Positions 24,524 to 36,822 of a DNA stretch of 64,000 bases are shown piece by piece. Source of the DNA: Phyllobates terribilis (taxonomy: Eukaryota); contig NW_027362771.1 in the NCBI RefSeq assembly GCF_046119375.1, positions 416,392,001 through 416,456,000 on the forward strand, given 5' to 3'. The notes under the pieces are model-generated. The model ran no database searches. It saw only the letters and a program-made list of their open reading frames with translations, and was not told the origin of the DNA. A program made the position numbers and the translations under genes. How positions within the stretch are numbered: position 1 is the stretch's first letter; every line of letters begins with the position of its first letter.

Positions 24524-26151
24524 CAGTACAGACCAAAAGTTTGGACACACCTTCTCATTTAAAGATTTTTCTGTTTTTTCATGACTATGAAAATTGTACA
24601 TTCACACTGAAGGCATCAAAACAATGAATGAACACATGTGGAATTATATACTTACAAAAAAGTGTGAAACAACTGAAAATATGTCTTATATTCTAGGTTC
24701 TTCAAAGTAGCCACCTTTTGCTTTGATGACTGCTTTGCACACTCTTGGCATTCTCTTGATGAGCTTCAAGAGGTAGTCACCGGAAATGGACTTCCAACAA
24801 TCTTGAAGGAGTTCCCAGAGATGCTTAGCACTTGTTGGCCCTTTTGCTTTCACTCTGCGGTCCAGCTCACCCCAAACCATCTCGATTGGGTTCAGGTCTG
24901 GTGACTGTGGAGGCCAGGTCATCTGGCGTAGCACCCCATCACTCTCCTTCTTGGTCAAATAGCCCTTACACAGCCTGGAGGTGTTTTTGGGGTCATTGTC
25001 CTGTTGAAAAATAAATGATGGTCCAACTAAACGCAAACCGGATGGAATAGCATGCCGCTGCAAGATGCTGTGGTAGCCATGCTGGTTCAGTATGCCTTCA
25101 ATTTTGAATAAATCCCCAACAGTGTCACCAGCAAAGCACCCCCACACCATCACACCTCCTCCTCCATGCTTCACGGTGGGAACCAGGCATGTAGAGTCCA
25201 TCTGTTCACCTTTTCTGCGTTGCACAAAGACACGGTGGTTGGAACCAAAGATCTCAAATTTGGACTCATCAGACCAAAGCACAGATTTCCACTGGTCTAA
25301 TGTCCATTCCTTGTGTTCTTTAGCCCAAACAAGTCTCTTCAGCTTGTTGCCTGTCCTTAGTTGTGGTTTCCTAGCAGCTATTTTACCATGAAGGCCTGCT
25401 GCACAAGGTCTCCTCTTAACAGTTGTTGAAGAGATGTGTCTGCTGCTAGAACACTGTGTGGCATTGACCTGGTCTCTAATCTGAGCTGCTGTTAACCTGC
25501 GATTTCTGAGGCTGGTGACTCGGATAAACTTATCCTCAGAAGCAGAGGTGACTCTTGATCTTCCTTTCCTGGGGCGGTCCTCATGTGAGCCAATTTCTTT
25601 GTAGCGATTGATGGTTTTTGCAACTGCACTTGGGGACACTTTCAAAGTTTTCCCAATTTTTCGGACTGACGAACCTTCATTTCTTAAAGTAATGATGGCC
25701 ACTCATTTTTCTTTACTTAGCTGCTTTTTTCTTGCCATAATACAAATTGTAACAGTCTATTCAGTAGGATTATCAGCTGTGTATCCACCAGACTTCTGCA
25801 CAACACAACTGATGGTCCCAACCCCATTTATAAGGCAAGAAATCCCACTTATTAAACCTGACAGGGCACACCTGTGAAGTGAAAACCATTTCCGGTGACT
25901 ACCTCTTGAAGCTCATCAAGAGAATGCCAAGAGTGTGCAAAGCAGTCATCAAAGCAAAACGTGGCTACTTTGAAGAACCTAGAATATAAGACATATTTTC
26001 AGTTGTTTCACACTTTTTTGTTAAGTATATAATCCATATGTGTTAATTCATCGTTTTGATGCCTTCAGTGTGAATGTACAATTTTCATAGTCATGAAAAT
26101 ACTGAAAAATCTTTAAATGAGAAGGTGTGTCCAAACTTTTGGTCTGTACTG
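24524..26151 (-). mobile_element. Full-length Tc1 with ~266-bp TIRs; transposase has one early nonsense codon
   Basis: TA TSD; TIR cagtacagaccaaaagtttggacac. ATG 25738 MARKKQLSKEK*(TGA)VAII..., then a 338-aa open frame with WSDESKF, QQDNDPK and PDLNPIE. Confidence 0.95.
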
Positions 26152-26949
26152 TATATATATTTTTTTTTATGACATTTTTTTCTGGAAAAAAAATTATTTT
26201 CCTAGCCCTAAAGTTACCCATACCCCTTTCCCTAGCCACAACTCTTATGCAACCGTATCCCTAGTCTTAACCCTAGGTATAAGCCTAAGAATTGTCCAAC
26301 TAGGGTGAGAAAATGTGTGAAATGTAATAACAGCTCTTAGAAATTAATGAAGGTAGTATTGAATAATGTAAACACGATTCAATACTGCCTTCATTTATTG
26401 AAGGCTGCTCAGTTTCTGCCTATGTAGAACATAGTAGTCAAGATAAGTTTATCATCTATGCAACTGAGATGACAAAGCTTAATTCATTATGCTGAGAGCT
26501 TTGTCATCTTGAGTGCTGCGCTCTGCACAAGCAGCGCAAGGGAGGACTCAATCTGCCAGTATGCCACACCAACAAGAAACCTCACTTGCCAGTGTCGACC
26601 ATTTGACATTGAGGATTTGGGGAGACATTTTTTGCGACCCCATAGACGCACTTGATTAAACCACACCTTCGGTCCCCCTATGATATACTACTAGGTAATG
26701 ATGGAAACAAGCAAAGTCTATCATACACATACTATAGGCTCATGTGGTTTTGATTTAGAGCAGTGTTTTTTACAGTTCCTGTCATGGATGTAGTTGCAAA
26801 ATCTATAAAGCCATTTCATAGTTAACACAGTGAACATTGAAGCAAGGCTAGCACTCTATGACACTGCACATGACCCTTATTCAGCTGCCCCCCCCTTCTG
26901 CAAACAGGTAGGTAAAGTGGGTTATCTGATGGATCACAGACACGAAATA

Positions 26950-28567
26950 CACTACCGTTCAAAAGTTTGGGGTCACCCAGACAATTTTGTGTTTTCCATG
27001 AAAACTCATACTTTTATTTATTAAATGAGTTCCAAAATGAATAGAAAATATAGTAGAAACATTGACAAGGTTAGAAATAATGATTTTTATTTGAAAGAAT
27101 AATTTTCTCCTTCAAACTTTGCTTTTGTCAAAGAATGCTCCCTTTGCAGCAATAACAGCATTGCAGACCTTTGTCATTCTAGTTGTTAATTTGCTGAGGT
27201 AATCTTGAGAAATTTCACTCCATGCTTCCTGAAGCCCCTCCCACAAGTTGGATTGGCTTGATGGGCACTTTTTGCATACCATACGGTCAAGCTGCTCCCA
27301 CAACAGCTCAATGGGTTTGAGATCTGGTGATGGCGCTGGCCACTCCATTACAGATAGAATACCAGCTGCCTGCTTCTTCCCTAACTAGTTCATGCATAAT
27401 TTGGAGGTGTGCTTTGGGTCATTGTCCTGTTGTAGGATGAAATTGGCTCCAATCAAGCGCTGTCCACAGGGTATGGCATGGCATTGCAAAATGGAGTGAT
27501 AGCTTTCCTTATTCAAAATCCCATTTACCTTGTAGAAATCTCCCACTTTAACAGCACCAAAGCAACCCCAGACCATCACATTCCCTCCACCATGCTTGAC
27601 AGATGGCGTCCGGCACTCTTTCAGCATCTTTTCAGTTGTTCTGCATCTCACAAATGTTCTTCTGTGTGATCCAAACACCTCAAACTTTGATTCGTCTGTC
27701 CATAAAACTTTTTTCCAATCTTCCTCTGTCCAATGTCTGTGTTCTTTTGCCCATATTAATCTTTTCCTTTTATTAGCCAGTCTCAGATATGGCTTTTTCT
27801 TTGCCACTTTGCCCTGAAGGCCAGCATCCCGGAGTCGCCTCTTCACTGTAGACGTTGATACTGGCGTTTTGCGTGTACTATTTAATGAAGCTGCCAGTTG
27901 AGGAGCTGTGAGGCGTCGATTTCTCAAACTAGAGACTCTAATGTACTTGTCTTGTTGCTCAGTTGTGCAGCGGGGCCTCCCACCTCTCTTTCTACTCTGG
28001 TTAGAGCCTGTTTGTGCTGTCCTCTGACGGGAGTAGTACACACTGTTGTAGAAAATCTTCAGTTTCTTGGCAATTTCTCGCATGGAATAGCCTTCATTTC
28101 TAAGAACAAGAATAGACTGTCGAGTTTCAGATGAAAGGTCTCTTTTTCTGGCCATTTTGAGAGTTCATAGAACAAACAAATGTAATGCTCCAGATTCTCA
28201 ACTAGTTCAAAGGAAGGTCAATTTTATATCTTCTCAAATCAGCCAAACCATTTTCAGCTGGGCTAACATACTTGTGCAAGGGTTTTCTAGGGTTTTCTAA
28301 ACATCCATTAGCCTTCTTACACAGTTAGCAAACACAATGTACCATTAAAACACTGTGGTGGTGCTTGTTGGAAATGGGCCTCTATACACCTATGTAGATA
28401 TTGCAATAAAAACAAGAAGTTTGCATCTAGAATAGTCATTTACCACATTAACAATGTATAGAGTGTATTTCTGATTCATTTAATGTTAGCTTCATTGAAA
28501 AAAAAATGTGCTTTTCTTTCAAAAATAATGAAATTTCTAAATGACCCCAAACTTTTGAACGGTAGTG
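26950..28567 (-). mobile_element. Full-length Tc1; transposase 28155-27112 has one in-frame TAG
   Basis: TA TSD; TIR cactaccgttcaaaagtttggggtca. MARKRDLSSETRQ...WTDESKF...QQDNDPKH, stop at 27385, then in-frame MEWPAPSPDLKPIE. Confidence 0.95.
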
Positions 28568-29009
28568 TATATGCCAAACTTGCAGAAGAATGTGGGTGGC
28601 GACAGATTTATTGCCCTTGCCTCCCTATGTCATTGAACAGCAAACTATTTTGAGCTCCTTTTTTCCCCTCTCCAAATTATGCATATTTGTTTTTTTATGA
28701 ACAGCAAGGATCCTATAGTTAAGGCAAATATATTTCCAGCGTCGTAACGAAGTGGCGAACGTAACGCATTGGCTTACATCACTGGGCTGTTGCCACATCA
28801 AGTCCCAAATTAAAATCTGACCGATGGACAACAATATATATATGCCATGTTTCCTATATATGGAAAGATAAAATCATAATAGGAAATATGACATTAATAT
28901 CTCTCTTCTGGGACCTCCAGGGCCGAAGACATCCTGAAAGTTGAAGATCTCTTAATTTTTGTGACCCTAGCCTAGAATAAATAAATATGGGTGAAACAAA
29001 CCATAATAT

Positions 29010-31170
29010 ATGTTAACCCTTAGATTCCTCAAAGTAGCCCCATTTTGCTCTGATGACAACTTTACACATCATTGGCATTCTTTCAAGCAGCTTCATTAGG
29101 TGATAGTCTGAAATTACTTTTCAAAGGTCTTGATGTAGTTTCCAGAGAGAACACTTGTTGGCTGCTTTGCTTTCACTCTGTAGTCCAACTCAATCCAAAA
29201 CATCTCAAATGGGTTGAGGTTGGGTGGCTGTGGTGGCCATATCATCCAGCAATTTTCCAGATTGACTGACCTTCAAGTCTTAAAGTAATGACGGACTGTC
29301 GTTTCTCCTTACTTACACTGTGTGCAGAATTATTAGGCAAATGAGTATTTTGATCACATGATGCTTTTTTTATACATGTTGTCCTACTCCAAGCTGCATA
29401 GGCTGGAGAGCCAACTACCAATTAAGTAAATCTGGTGATGTGCATCTCTGTAATGAGGAGGGGTGTTGACTAATGACATCAACACCCTATATAAGGTGTG
29501 CTTAATTATTAGGCAACTTCCTTTCCTTTGGCAAAATGGGTCAGGAGAGATTTGACGGGCTCTGAAAAGTCCAAAATTGTGAGATGTCTTGCGGAGGGAT
29601 GCAGCAGTCTTGAAATTTCCAAACTTTTGAAGCATGATCGCCGAACAATCAAGCATTTCATGGCAAATAGGCAACAGGGTCTCAAGAAGCGTGTTGGCCA
29701 AAAAAAGGCGCAAAATAACTTTCCATGAATTGAGGAAAATCAAGCGTGAAGCTGCCAAGATGCCATTCGCCACCAGTTTTGCCATATTTCAGAGCTGCAA
29801 CGTTACTGGAGTATCAAAAAGCACAAGGTGTGCGATAATCAGGGACATGGCCAAGGTAAGGAAGGCTGAAAAACGGCCACCTTTGAACAAGAAACATAAG
29901 ATAAAACCTCAAGAATGGGCCAAGAAATATCTTAAGACTGATTTTTCAAAGGTTTTATGGACTGATGAAATGAGAGTGACTCTTGATGGGCCAGATGGAT
30001 GGGCCAGAGGCTGGATCAGTAAAGGGCAGAGAGCTCCACTCCGACTTAGACGCCAGCATGGTGTTGGGGTACTGGTATGGGCTGGTATCATCAAAGATGA
30101 ACTTGTGGGACCTTTTCGGGCTGAGGATGAAGTGAAGCTCAACTTCCAGACCTACTGCCAGTTTCTGGAAGACAACTTCTTCAAGAAGTGGTACAGGAAG
30201 AAGTCGGTATCGTTCAAGAAAAACATGATTTTCATGCAGGACGATGCTCCATCACATGCATCCAACTACTCCACAGCGTGGCTGGCCAGTAAAGGTCTAA
30301 AAGAAGAAAAAATAATGACATGGCCCCCTTGTTCACCTGATCTGAACCCCATAGAGAACCTGTGGTCCATCATAAAATGTGAGATCTACAGGGAGGGAAA
30401 ACAGTACACCTCTCGGAACAGTGTCTGGGAGTCTGTGGTGGCTGCTGCGCGCAATGTTGATCGAAAACAGATCAAGCAACTGACAGAATCTATGGATGGA
30501 AGGCTGTTGAGTGTCATCATAAAGAAAGGTGGCTATATTTATCACTATTTTTTTTGGTTTTTGTTTTTGCATGTCAGAAATGTTTATTTCTAAATTTTGT
30601 GCACTGATATTGGTTTACCTGGTGAAAATAAACAAGTGAGATGGGATTATATTTGGTTTTTATTAAGTTGCCTAATAATTCTGCACAGTAATAGTTACCT
30701 GCACAAACAGATATCCTCCTAAGACAGCCAAATCTAAAAAAAACCCACTCCAACTTCCAAAAATATTAAGCTTGGATATTTATGAGTCTTTTGGGTTGAT
30801 TGAGAACATAGTTGTTGATCAATAATAAAAATAATCCTCTAAAATACAACTTGCCTAATAATTCTGCACACAGTGTAGTTGAGTGGTTTTAACGATATTC
30901 CGGCTTAGTAAAGTTGAGGAATAGGAATCAGTGCTGTATGGTTACATGTAAGAAGCAACCTCTGCAAAATACACCTGATGGTCACAAACACTTTCTGAAG
31001 GCTGGTGATTGAACAACTGAACTGTTGACAAGGCAAACATGTTCACTGGAAGCAATTTCAGGTGACTACCTGAAGAAAATGCTTGAGGAAATGTCAAAGT
31101 TGTGTAAAAGAGGGGTACTTTGAGGAATCTAAGGTTTAATGCATTTTCTGGTTTGTTTGACACTTGTTTC
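29010..31170 (-). mobile_element. Old deleted Tc1 relic hosting the Tc1 at 29316-30875
   Basis: Degenerate matches to the 24524 family (caaagtagccc...ttggcattc; ggtgactacctgaag). Boundaries approximate. Confidence 0.55.
29316..30875 (+). mobile_element. Tc1/mariner element with frameshifted N-terminus
   Basis: TA TSD; TIR cactgtgtgcagaattattaggcaa. Catalytic frame 29634-30593 contains WTDEMRV, MQDDAPSH and SPDLNPIENLW. Confidence 0.93.
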
Positions 31171-31334
31171 TGTACTCCTTGTCTCCAAATGTGTCCCCTT
31201 ATAATTTTGCTGCCTTTCAGTCTTAGTTAACAATTTTTTTTAAAAAATAACATAATTAATCCTCTACTATATAACACTATGAACAGCTTACCAAATATCA
31301 ATTTAATCTTCTAAAATTAACACTGTTGACATGA

Positions 31335-31450
31335 GCATAGTTCTATAGTTAGAATGAATGAAAAAAATAATGTTTCCATCAAGTTCAACCGAAGGAAGGG
31401 AGAGGATGAAGCGAAGGGGTATAGGTACAGCCATAATGCATGAAACAATC
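31335..31450 (-). mobile_element. Probable CR1-type LINE 3' end fragment
   Basis: Minus strand reads ggttgaacttgatgga...ctatagaactatg, resembling CR1 3' tails. Confidence 0.45.
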
Positions 31451-31554
31451 TGCCCTAAAAGAGCAACTATTTCAAACCTCCTGATCCTGAGTGTCGATCA
31501 ACATTCACACCAATAATTTTATCTATATACAGATGTAAATACTTTTTTGCCCAA

Positions 31555-32180
31555 AAATGACAAAAGTATTTTCGGAGTGATACCTTTATTGGCTAACCAG
31601 AAAAAAAAAAATACAGTATATGCAAGCTTTCAGAGCACAAAGGCTCCTTCTTCAGGCGGTATTACAAATGAATTGATAAGACAAAAGGCACAACATTTAA
31701 GAGATGTTACAGCAAGACATTTGTTCATGAGGTGTAAGGGGTGATGCATACTAATGATAAGTCAAAGTGACCAAATTTAGGGTTTTTAGTTGCAAATGGC
31801 AAGTCTGTGGAAATGTTTAATTATCTGGAGACCGTCTGATGGAGGTGTGAATTGAATCCATGTAGTGAGTCATAAATCCAGGTGTTAGATTGAGTCTTGG
31901 ATTTATGACTCACTACATGGATTCAATGCACACCTCCACCAGACGGTCTCCTAAAAACCCTAAATTTGATATCTTTGACTTATCATTAGGAGGCATCACC
32001 CCTTACACCTCATGAACAAATGTCTTGCTGTAACATTTCTTAAATGTTGTGCCTTTTGTCTAATCAATTCATTTGTAATTTTGCCTGAAGAAGGCGCCTC
32101 TGTGCTCTGAAAGCTTGCATATATATATTTTTTCTGGTTAGCCAATAAAGGTATCACTCCGAGAATACTTTTGTAATTTT
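31555..32180. mobile_element. Penelope-like element fragment as a ~630-bp inverted duplication
   Basis: The arms are reverse complements centred at ~31890. They carry ctgaagaagg...ctctgaaagcttgca...agccaataaaggtatcac, recalled as typical of vertebrate PLE ends. Confidence 0.7.
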
Positions 32181-32331
32181 TGTGCATAAAGTATATTGAT
32201 TTTTCTGACTAACACGGTACCACAATATAACTTTGTATTGTACATTATCTATTTACAGATATATTTATGTTGTTGGTATACTATTGGTACAGACGTTTCA
32301 TTACTAAATTGAGATTTTTAGGAGCTTATAC

Positions 32332-32565
32332 CTTCACAAATTCCACTTTGTCATTCTGCTTGAATAACTGCTGTATAGTCTCCATTAAATCCTTTGAAGT
32401 GTCAAGACTTTTCCCGCAGTCAACTAATTGCCCAAATAAGGATTCCAGTTTAAGTCTCTTTTCTTCTCCAAGAGCTTGCATTTTTTCTTCAAGTTTAGAT
32501 GCTATAGTATCTATCACTTCTGTGCAATGCAACTCAAGATTCTGGTCTTGTCTCCCCGAATTCTC
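32332..32565 (-). CDS. fsd2: FSD2 coding exon 3 (coiled coil)
   Basis: cag|ENSGRQDQNLELHC...KLESLFGQLVDCGKSLDTSKDLMETIQQLFKQNDKVEFVK|gtataa; 234 nt. Confidence 0.92.
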
Positions 32566-32662
32566 CTGGATATCATAAAATATCAGATATTTGTCACTGT
32601 ACTTAAAACATAACTAATTATCTCATAAATAATTAAACAAAAAAAACCTCAAAACAACTTAC

Positions 32663-32758
32663 CTCTATTGTGGTATACATCTCCTCAAGGTGTCCGGCAA
32701 AATTCTCCATCTGGGTGATCTGCTCTTCCAGTTTACACATGCTTTTGTGTATTTCCTC
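32663..32758 (-). CDS. fsd2: FSD2 coding exon 2 (coiled coil)
   Basis: ag|[32 protein letters not shown]|gtaagt; 96 nt; phase 0-0. Confidence 0.92.
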
Positions 32759-33589
32759 CTTAAGATTGAGACAAAGTTTTGTAAGGCAAACGTGAGCTAT
32801 TGAAACAATCCCAATCAGATGTATGGAATCAATTTTTCAGTTTTAGAAATGTAATTAAAAAGCTCAACAAATCTAGGTAATGTGTAATTACAGGTCCACC
32901 ACAAATGTATTTTGCGATCCATAAGAAACAGAAATTATTATTTCCATTTGGTCACTGGAATTTGAGAAAATATATAATGATTTGTTTTGCATAAATTATT
33001 AAGGTATATTAAGTAAAAGCAATAATTTGTAGGACTATGGCTCTGTGTTAGTACTGGAACCTGCCACCATTATTACCTCTATTTGGAAATGATTCTTTCC
33101 AAAAATGAATTTCTTGTATTTTACACCCTACTAACCTGCCTAAATTTGATATTTCTATTTCCATACATTATTGTACCATAGCTTTAAGGCAACATGTCTA
33201 ATTTTTTGACTGATCTTTAATTCAGTGTCATGCTCTTGTCACCTTCACCTCAAAAACTACTCCAGAATCCTCCCTTTTATTACTGTTAGAAATGCAAAAA
33301 CTTGTAGGACTTCAAATCTGCACATTTACAGATACTGGCTGATGATCGGTTCATTCATCTTTACATGTATAACCCTGTTTATTATTCAGTTGAATGTGCA
33401 TCCTTGGCTGCCATTTTCAAGGGGTCTACGGTGCCTGCGGGCCGCATGTGCAGAAAATAGGGCGCCAAGGGAACAGAGGACAGGTGAGAAGAATCTTTTT
33501 TTTTTCTTTTATGTATATGTGAAGAACGGCACAATAGATGACATTACTACAATATGGGGACCAGAATTCGGCATTATTACAAGATGAAG

Positions 33590-33885
33590 ACAAGGATAGG
33601 GACATTTCTATCAGATGGGACGAGGAAGGGGCATTACTACAAGAAGGGCACCGGGATGGGGACATTACTCCAAAATGAGGACCAGGATGGGGCATTACTA
33701 CAATATGGGGACCAGAATGGGACATTACTACAATATTGGGGCGAAAATGGGGCATTACTACAATATGGAGGCCAAAATGAGGCATTATTACAAGATGAGG
33801 ACCAGGATGGGGACATTACTACAAGATGAGGACCAGGATGGGTACATTACTACAAGATGAGGACCAGGATGGGGACATGACTACA
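33590..33885. repeat. ~21/33-bp minisatellite within a MITE relic
   Basis: Repeats of gacattactacaagatgaggaccaggatgg. Confidence 0.75.
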
Positions 33886-33889
33886 ACGT

Positions 33890-34331
33890 CGCTAGCTGCC
33901 TGCATGAAAGGATGAGTGCAGCGGGGGCCGCCAGAAGGTAAGTATATATTTATTTTTTATTTTATTCTTTTATTTACAGTTTTCTATGGTACCCAGGTCC
34001 GGAGGAGAGTCTCCTCATCCCCAAGACCCGGGTACCATCCGCACATTGCAACGCGTGCATTCCGCATGTCCTTATCTAGTGAAGCGGAATACATGCGTTC
34101 TAATGCAAGTCAATGGCGGCGAAAACGCAGCACTTCCGCAAAATAATTGGTAGTGCTGCGTTTTTTTCCGCAATGATAATCCGCAGCGGAAATTTCCGCA
34201 GCATGTGCAGAGCACATGCGGATTATCATTGGGGAACATGGCAGGCCTTCTACCATGCGTTTTTTAAGTGTTTCTGCAGCGTTATTGCACGCTGCGGAAA
34301 CGCTTAAAAAACACATCGTGGGCACACAGCC
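33890..34331 (-). mobile_element. Partial Harbinger-like MITE of the 62768-63588 family, ~40 bp downstream of the exon 1 donor
   Basis: Ends catcgtgggcacacagcc|taa, the reverse complement of the start of the 62768 copy. The internal ggtaccc...ggagagt block is shared. Confidence 0.65.
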
Positions 34332-34371
34332 TAAAAGTACTTGCACAAAATAGTATTCCATATAATCGTAC

Positions 34372-35241
34372 CTTGATTTCCTCTACTGCAGCACTGATTT
34401 CTTTGACATCATGATCTTTGTGTATGCCAAATAGTTTTTCAAAGGCTCTAATAGGTGTTTGGCATACAAGACAGAAAATGTCTGGTGCTTCTTCTCTGTC
34501 TTCATTGACCTGATTACTTGAATCAACGCATGAAGCCTCGGTACCATCTGCTTTGTTAACATTGGTTCTTGCATCTGCACAGCTGTCAACCGGAAGTTGT
34601 ACTGGGATTTCTTGTTTGACATCCACATGTCCAGAGCTGTCATCGGACGATGCAGAATTTACATGTTCTTGGTGCAGTTGTTTTTTGTCTTTAATTTGAC
34701 TATCTAAAGAAATTTTGACTTCATCTCCGACATCCTCTTTTTGAGTGTGTTTGTCTGTATGAGGTACATCTTCCAGAACTTTAGGAATGTCACCTTCATG
34801 CTTAGATTTGTTCTTTTCTGTATTCTGTTTTGGGTGTTGAATGGTTTGCTCAGGGTGAAGAACATTAGGTCTTATAGACATTTGGTGATATGGTTCTGTA
34901 AAGAATGAAAATTCTTCTGCATCTTTATCCTCAGACAATCCATACATTTTCGCCAATTCATCAACTTCTTTTTGCAAATCCACCTGTGTCTGGTCTGCAC
35001 CAGCAGTAATTACGTCTTTGCATTCATCGGTCTCTCTTTGTGCTTGTTCTTCCTTTTCATTTTCAGGAAATATTTCTAATCTGCTGGTCGAATCATAGAG
35101 ATCAGTATGATAAAACATCAGGCCCTTCTTCTCTGGCTCTTTTTCTTCTTCTTTAGATTTAGATTGTTCTGCTTGATCTATAGATGAATCATCATCAGTT
35201 GATCTCACAACTTCAAGTTCCTTGACTTTATCCAGCTCCAT
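34372..35241 (-). CDS. fsd2: FSD2 first coding exon (acidic N-terminus plus B-box-like C-x2-C...H motif), 290 codons
   Basis: ATG at 35241 (MELDKVKE...). FYHTDLYDSTSRLEIFPE, LQKEVDELAKMYGL and DIFCLVCQTPIRAFEKLFGIHKDHDV match recalled vertebrate FSD2. Ends EEIK|GTACGA, phase 0. Candidate AG acceptor at 35261-35260. Confidence 0.92.
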
Positions 35242-35925
35242 TATTGGATTCCCCAATATCTACATGATGTTTTATCATGGCCAATGGAAAGTGACAAGAA
35301 AAGAAAAGGATATTGTTATTCCAGTGTTTCATAATTATATTTATATTTTTTGGGACATCTAAAAGAGTACCAATAATACCTCATCCTTCTCTCCAAGACT
35401 TGTTAAATACAAATCTACTTGGTTTATCAAGTATACGTCTCCTTTTCCCATGTAATTGTTCAGATTGGCAGATTTGCCATTTTAGACTCTAGATAGGATG
35501 TGAGAAACCGCTATAGGTGCTGTATCAGTTTTTATCACTGTATTTAATCTTGAATATAAATTTATAGAATGCTGTAACTATGACCCGTCCAGACCATGTG
35601 TTGTTGTGTAAGTTCAGCAATAGATATTCTCGTTGCATATGTTGAATTTATCCATAGAGGTTAACAGAACCGTTGGATGCCAAAAGAGTGTCGGTATACA
35701 TTTTTTAACTGTCTAAAAAATGCTGGGTTTCTTGTACAGTTGGCCATTATAAAAAGTATACTGTGCAGAATACTTTTATTTTTTTAACAAGTATGTATGA
35801 CATATGCCACTGTATGGCAAAACACAATGTGAACAGATTAACAAATAAATCTAACTCTTCACAACTTGATAGAACATAACATTTGAGAAAGCTACGTGTA
35901 CAAATAAATGAAGCACTGTAAATCC

Positions 35926-36822
35926 AGGAGTGTTCCGATATACAAATTCATTTTCATCCTAAATCCCTATCTACGTATTTAATGTCATAATCTATACTAT
36001 TTTCTAATACAGTAGACTTTAACTAAAAATTCCCTATCCTTCCCTAACTACAGTATCTAACTGCTCTTCTTTTCTTTTTTTTACAACTTCCTTTTTTGAT
36101 GACGCTTTGTTTGAGAATTCCAGTGCAAGCTCGGATACTGAAACGAAGCGTCATCAGGGGGCAGAGGCTGCGGTCACTGTCACAGCTTCTGCCCCCTCCC
36201 TGAAACGAAGCGTCATTGGTGACCTTCGTTTCAGGCCCTGGGCTAGTCCCTGCACGATGTGCACTGTGCAATGTTTAAAATGACCGAGCACTCTCTCGGC
36301 AGCTTAGATCAGCAGTAAGGAGCCACCAACCGAGTGCACTTTCAGTGCGTGTTTCAGAATACCCAGCGTGCAGAGACGAGCGTCTCACCTGCAAGTGTTG
36401 TCACCGGGTATTCTAACAACGTGCACTGATAGTGCGCTCTGTTCTGTTGCCGACTCGTTACTGCTCATCTGAGATGGCGAAAGAGCGCACTGTCACTGTG
36501 CACATCAGTCTAGGACTAGCCCAGCCACTATAACAAAGGTTACTGATGATGCTTAGCTTCAGAGAGGGGGCAGGGACTGCGTAGTGACCGCAGCTTCTGC
36601 ACCCTAATGACACTTCATTTGAGTATCCCAGTATGCACTGGGATTCTCAAACAAAGAGTCATCAAACAGGAAGTAACAAAAAAAAGAAAAGCAGTTAAAT
36701 AGTGTAGTTAGGAAAGGATAGGGAATTTTTAATTCAAGTATATTAGAAAATAGTTTAGATTATAGAATTACCTGGATAGGGATTTAGAATGAGAATTAAT
36801 TTGTTTTTCTGACCATCCCTTT
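35926..36822. mobile_element. Long palindromic T2/Kolobok-like MITE
   Basis: Arms 35960-36270 and 36490-36800 are reverse complements. Right end accatccct|ttaa; left end degraded. Confidence 0.65.
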
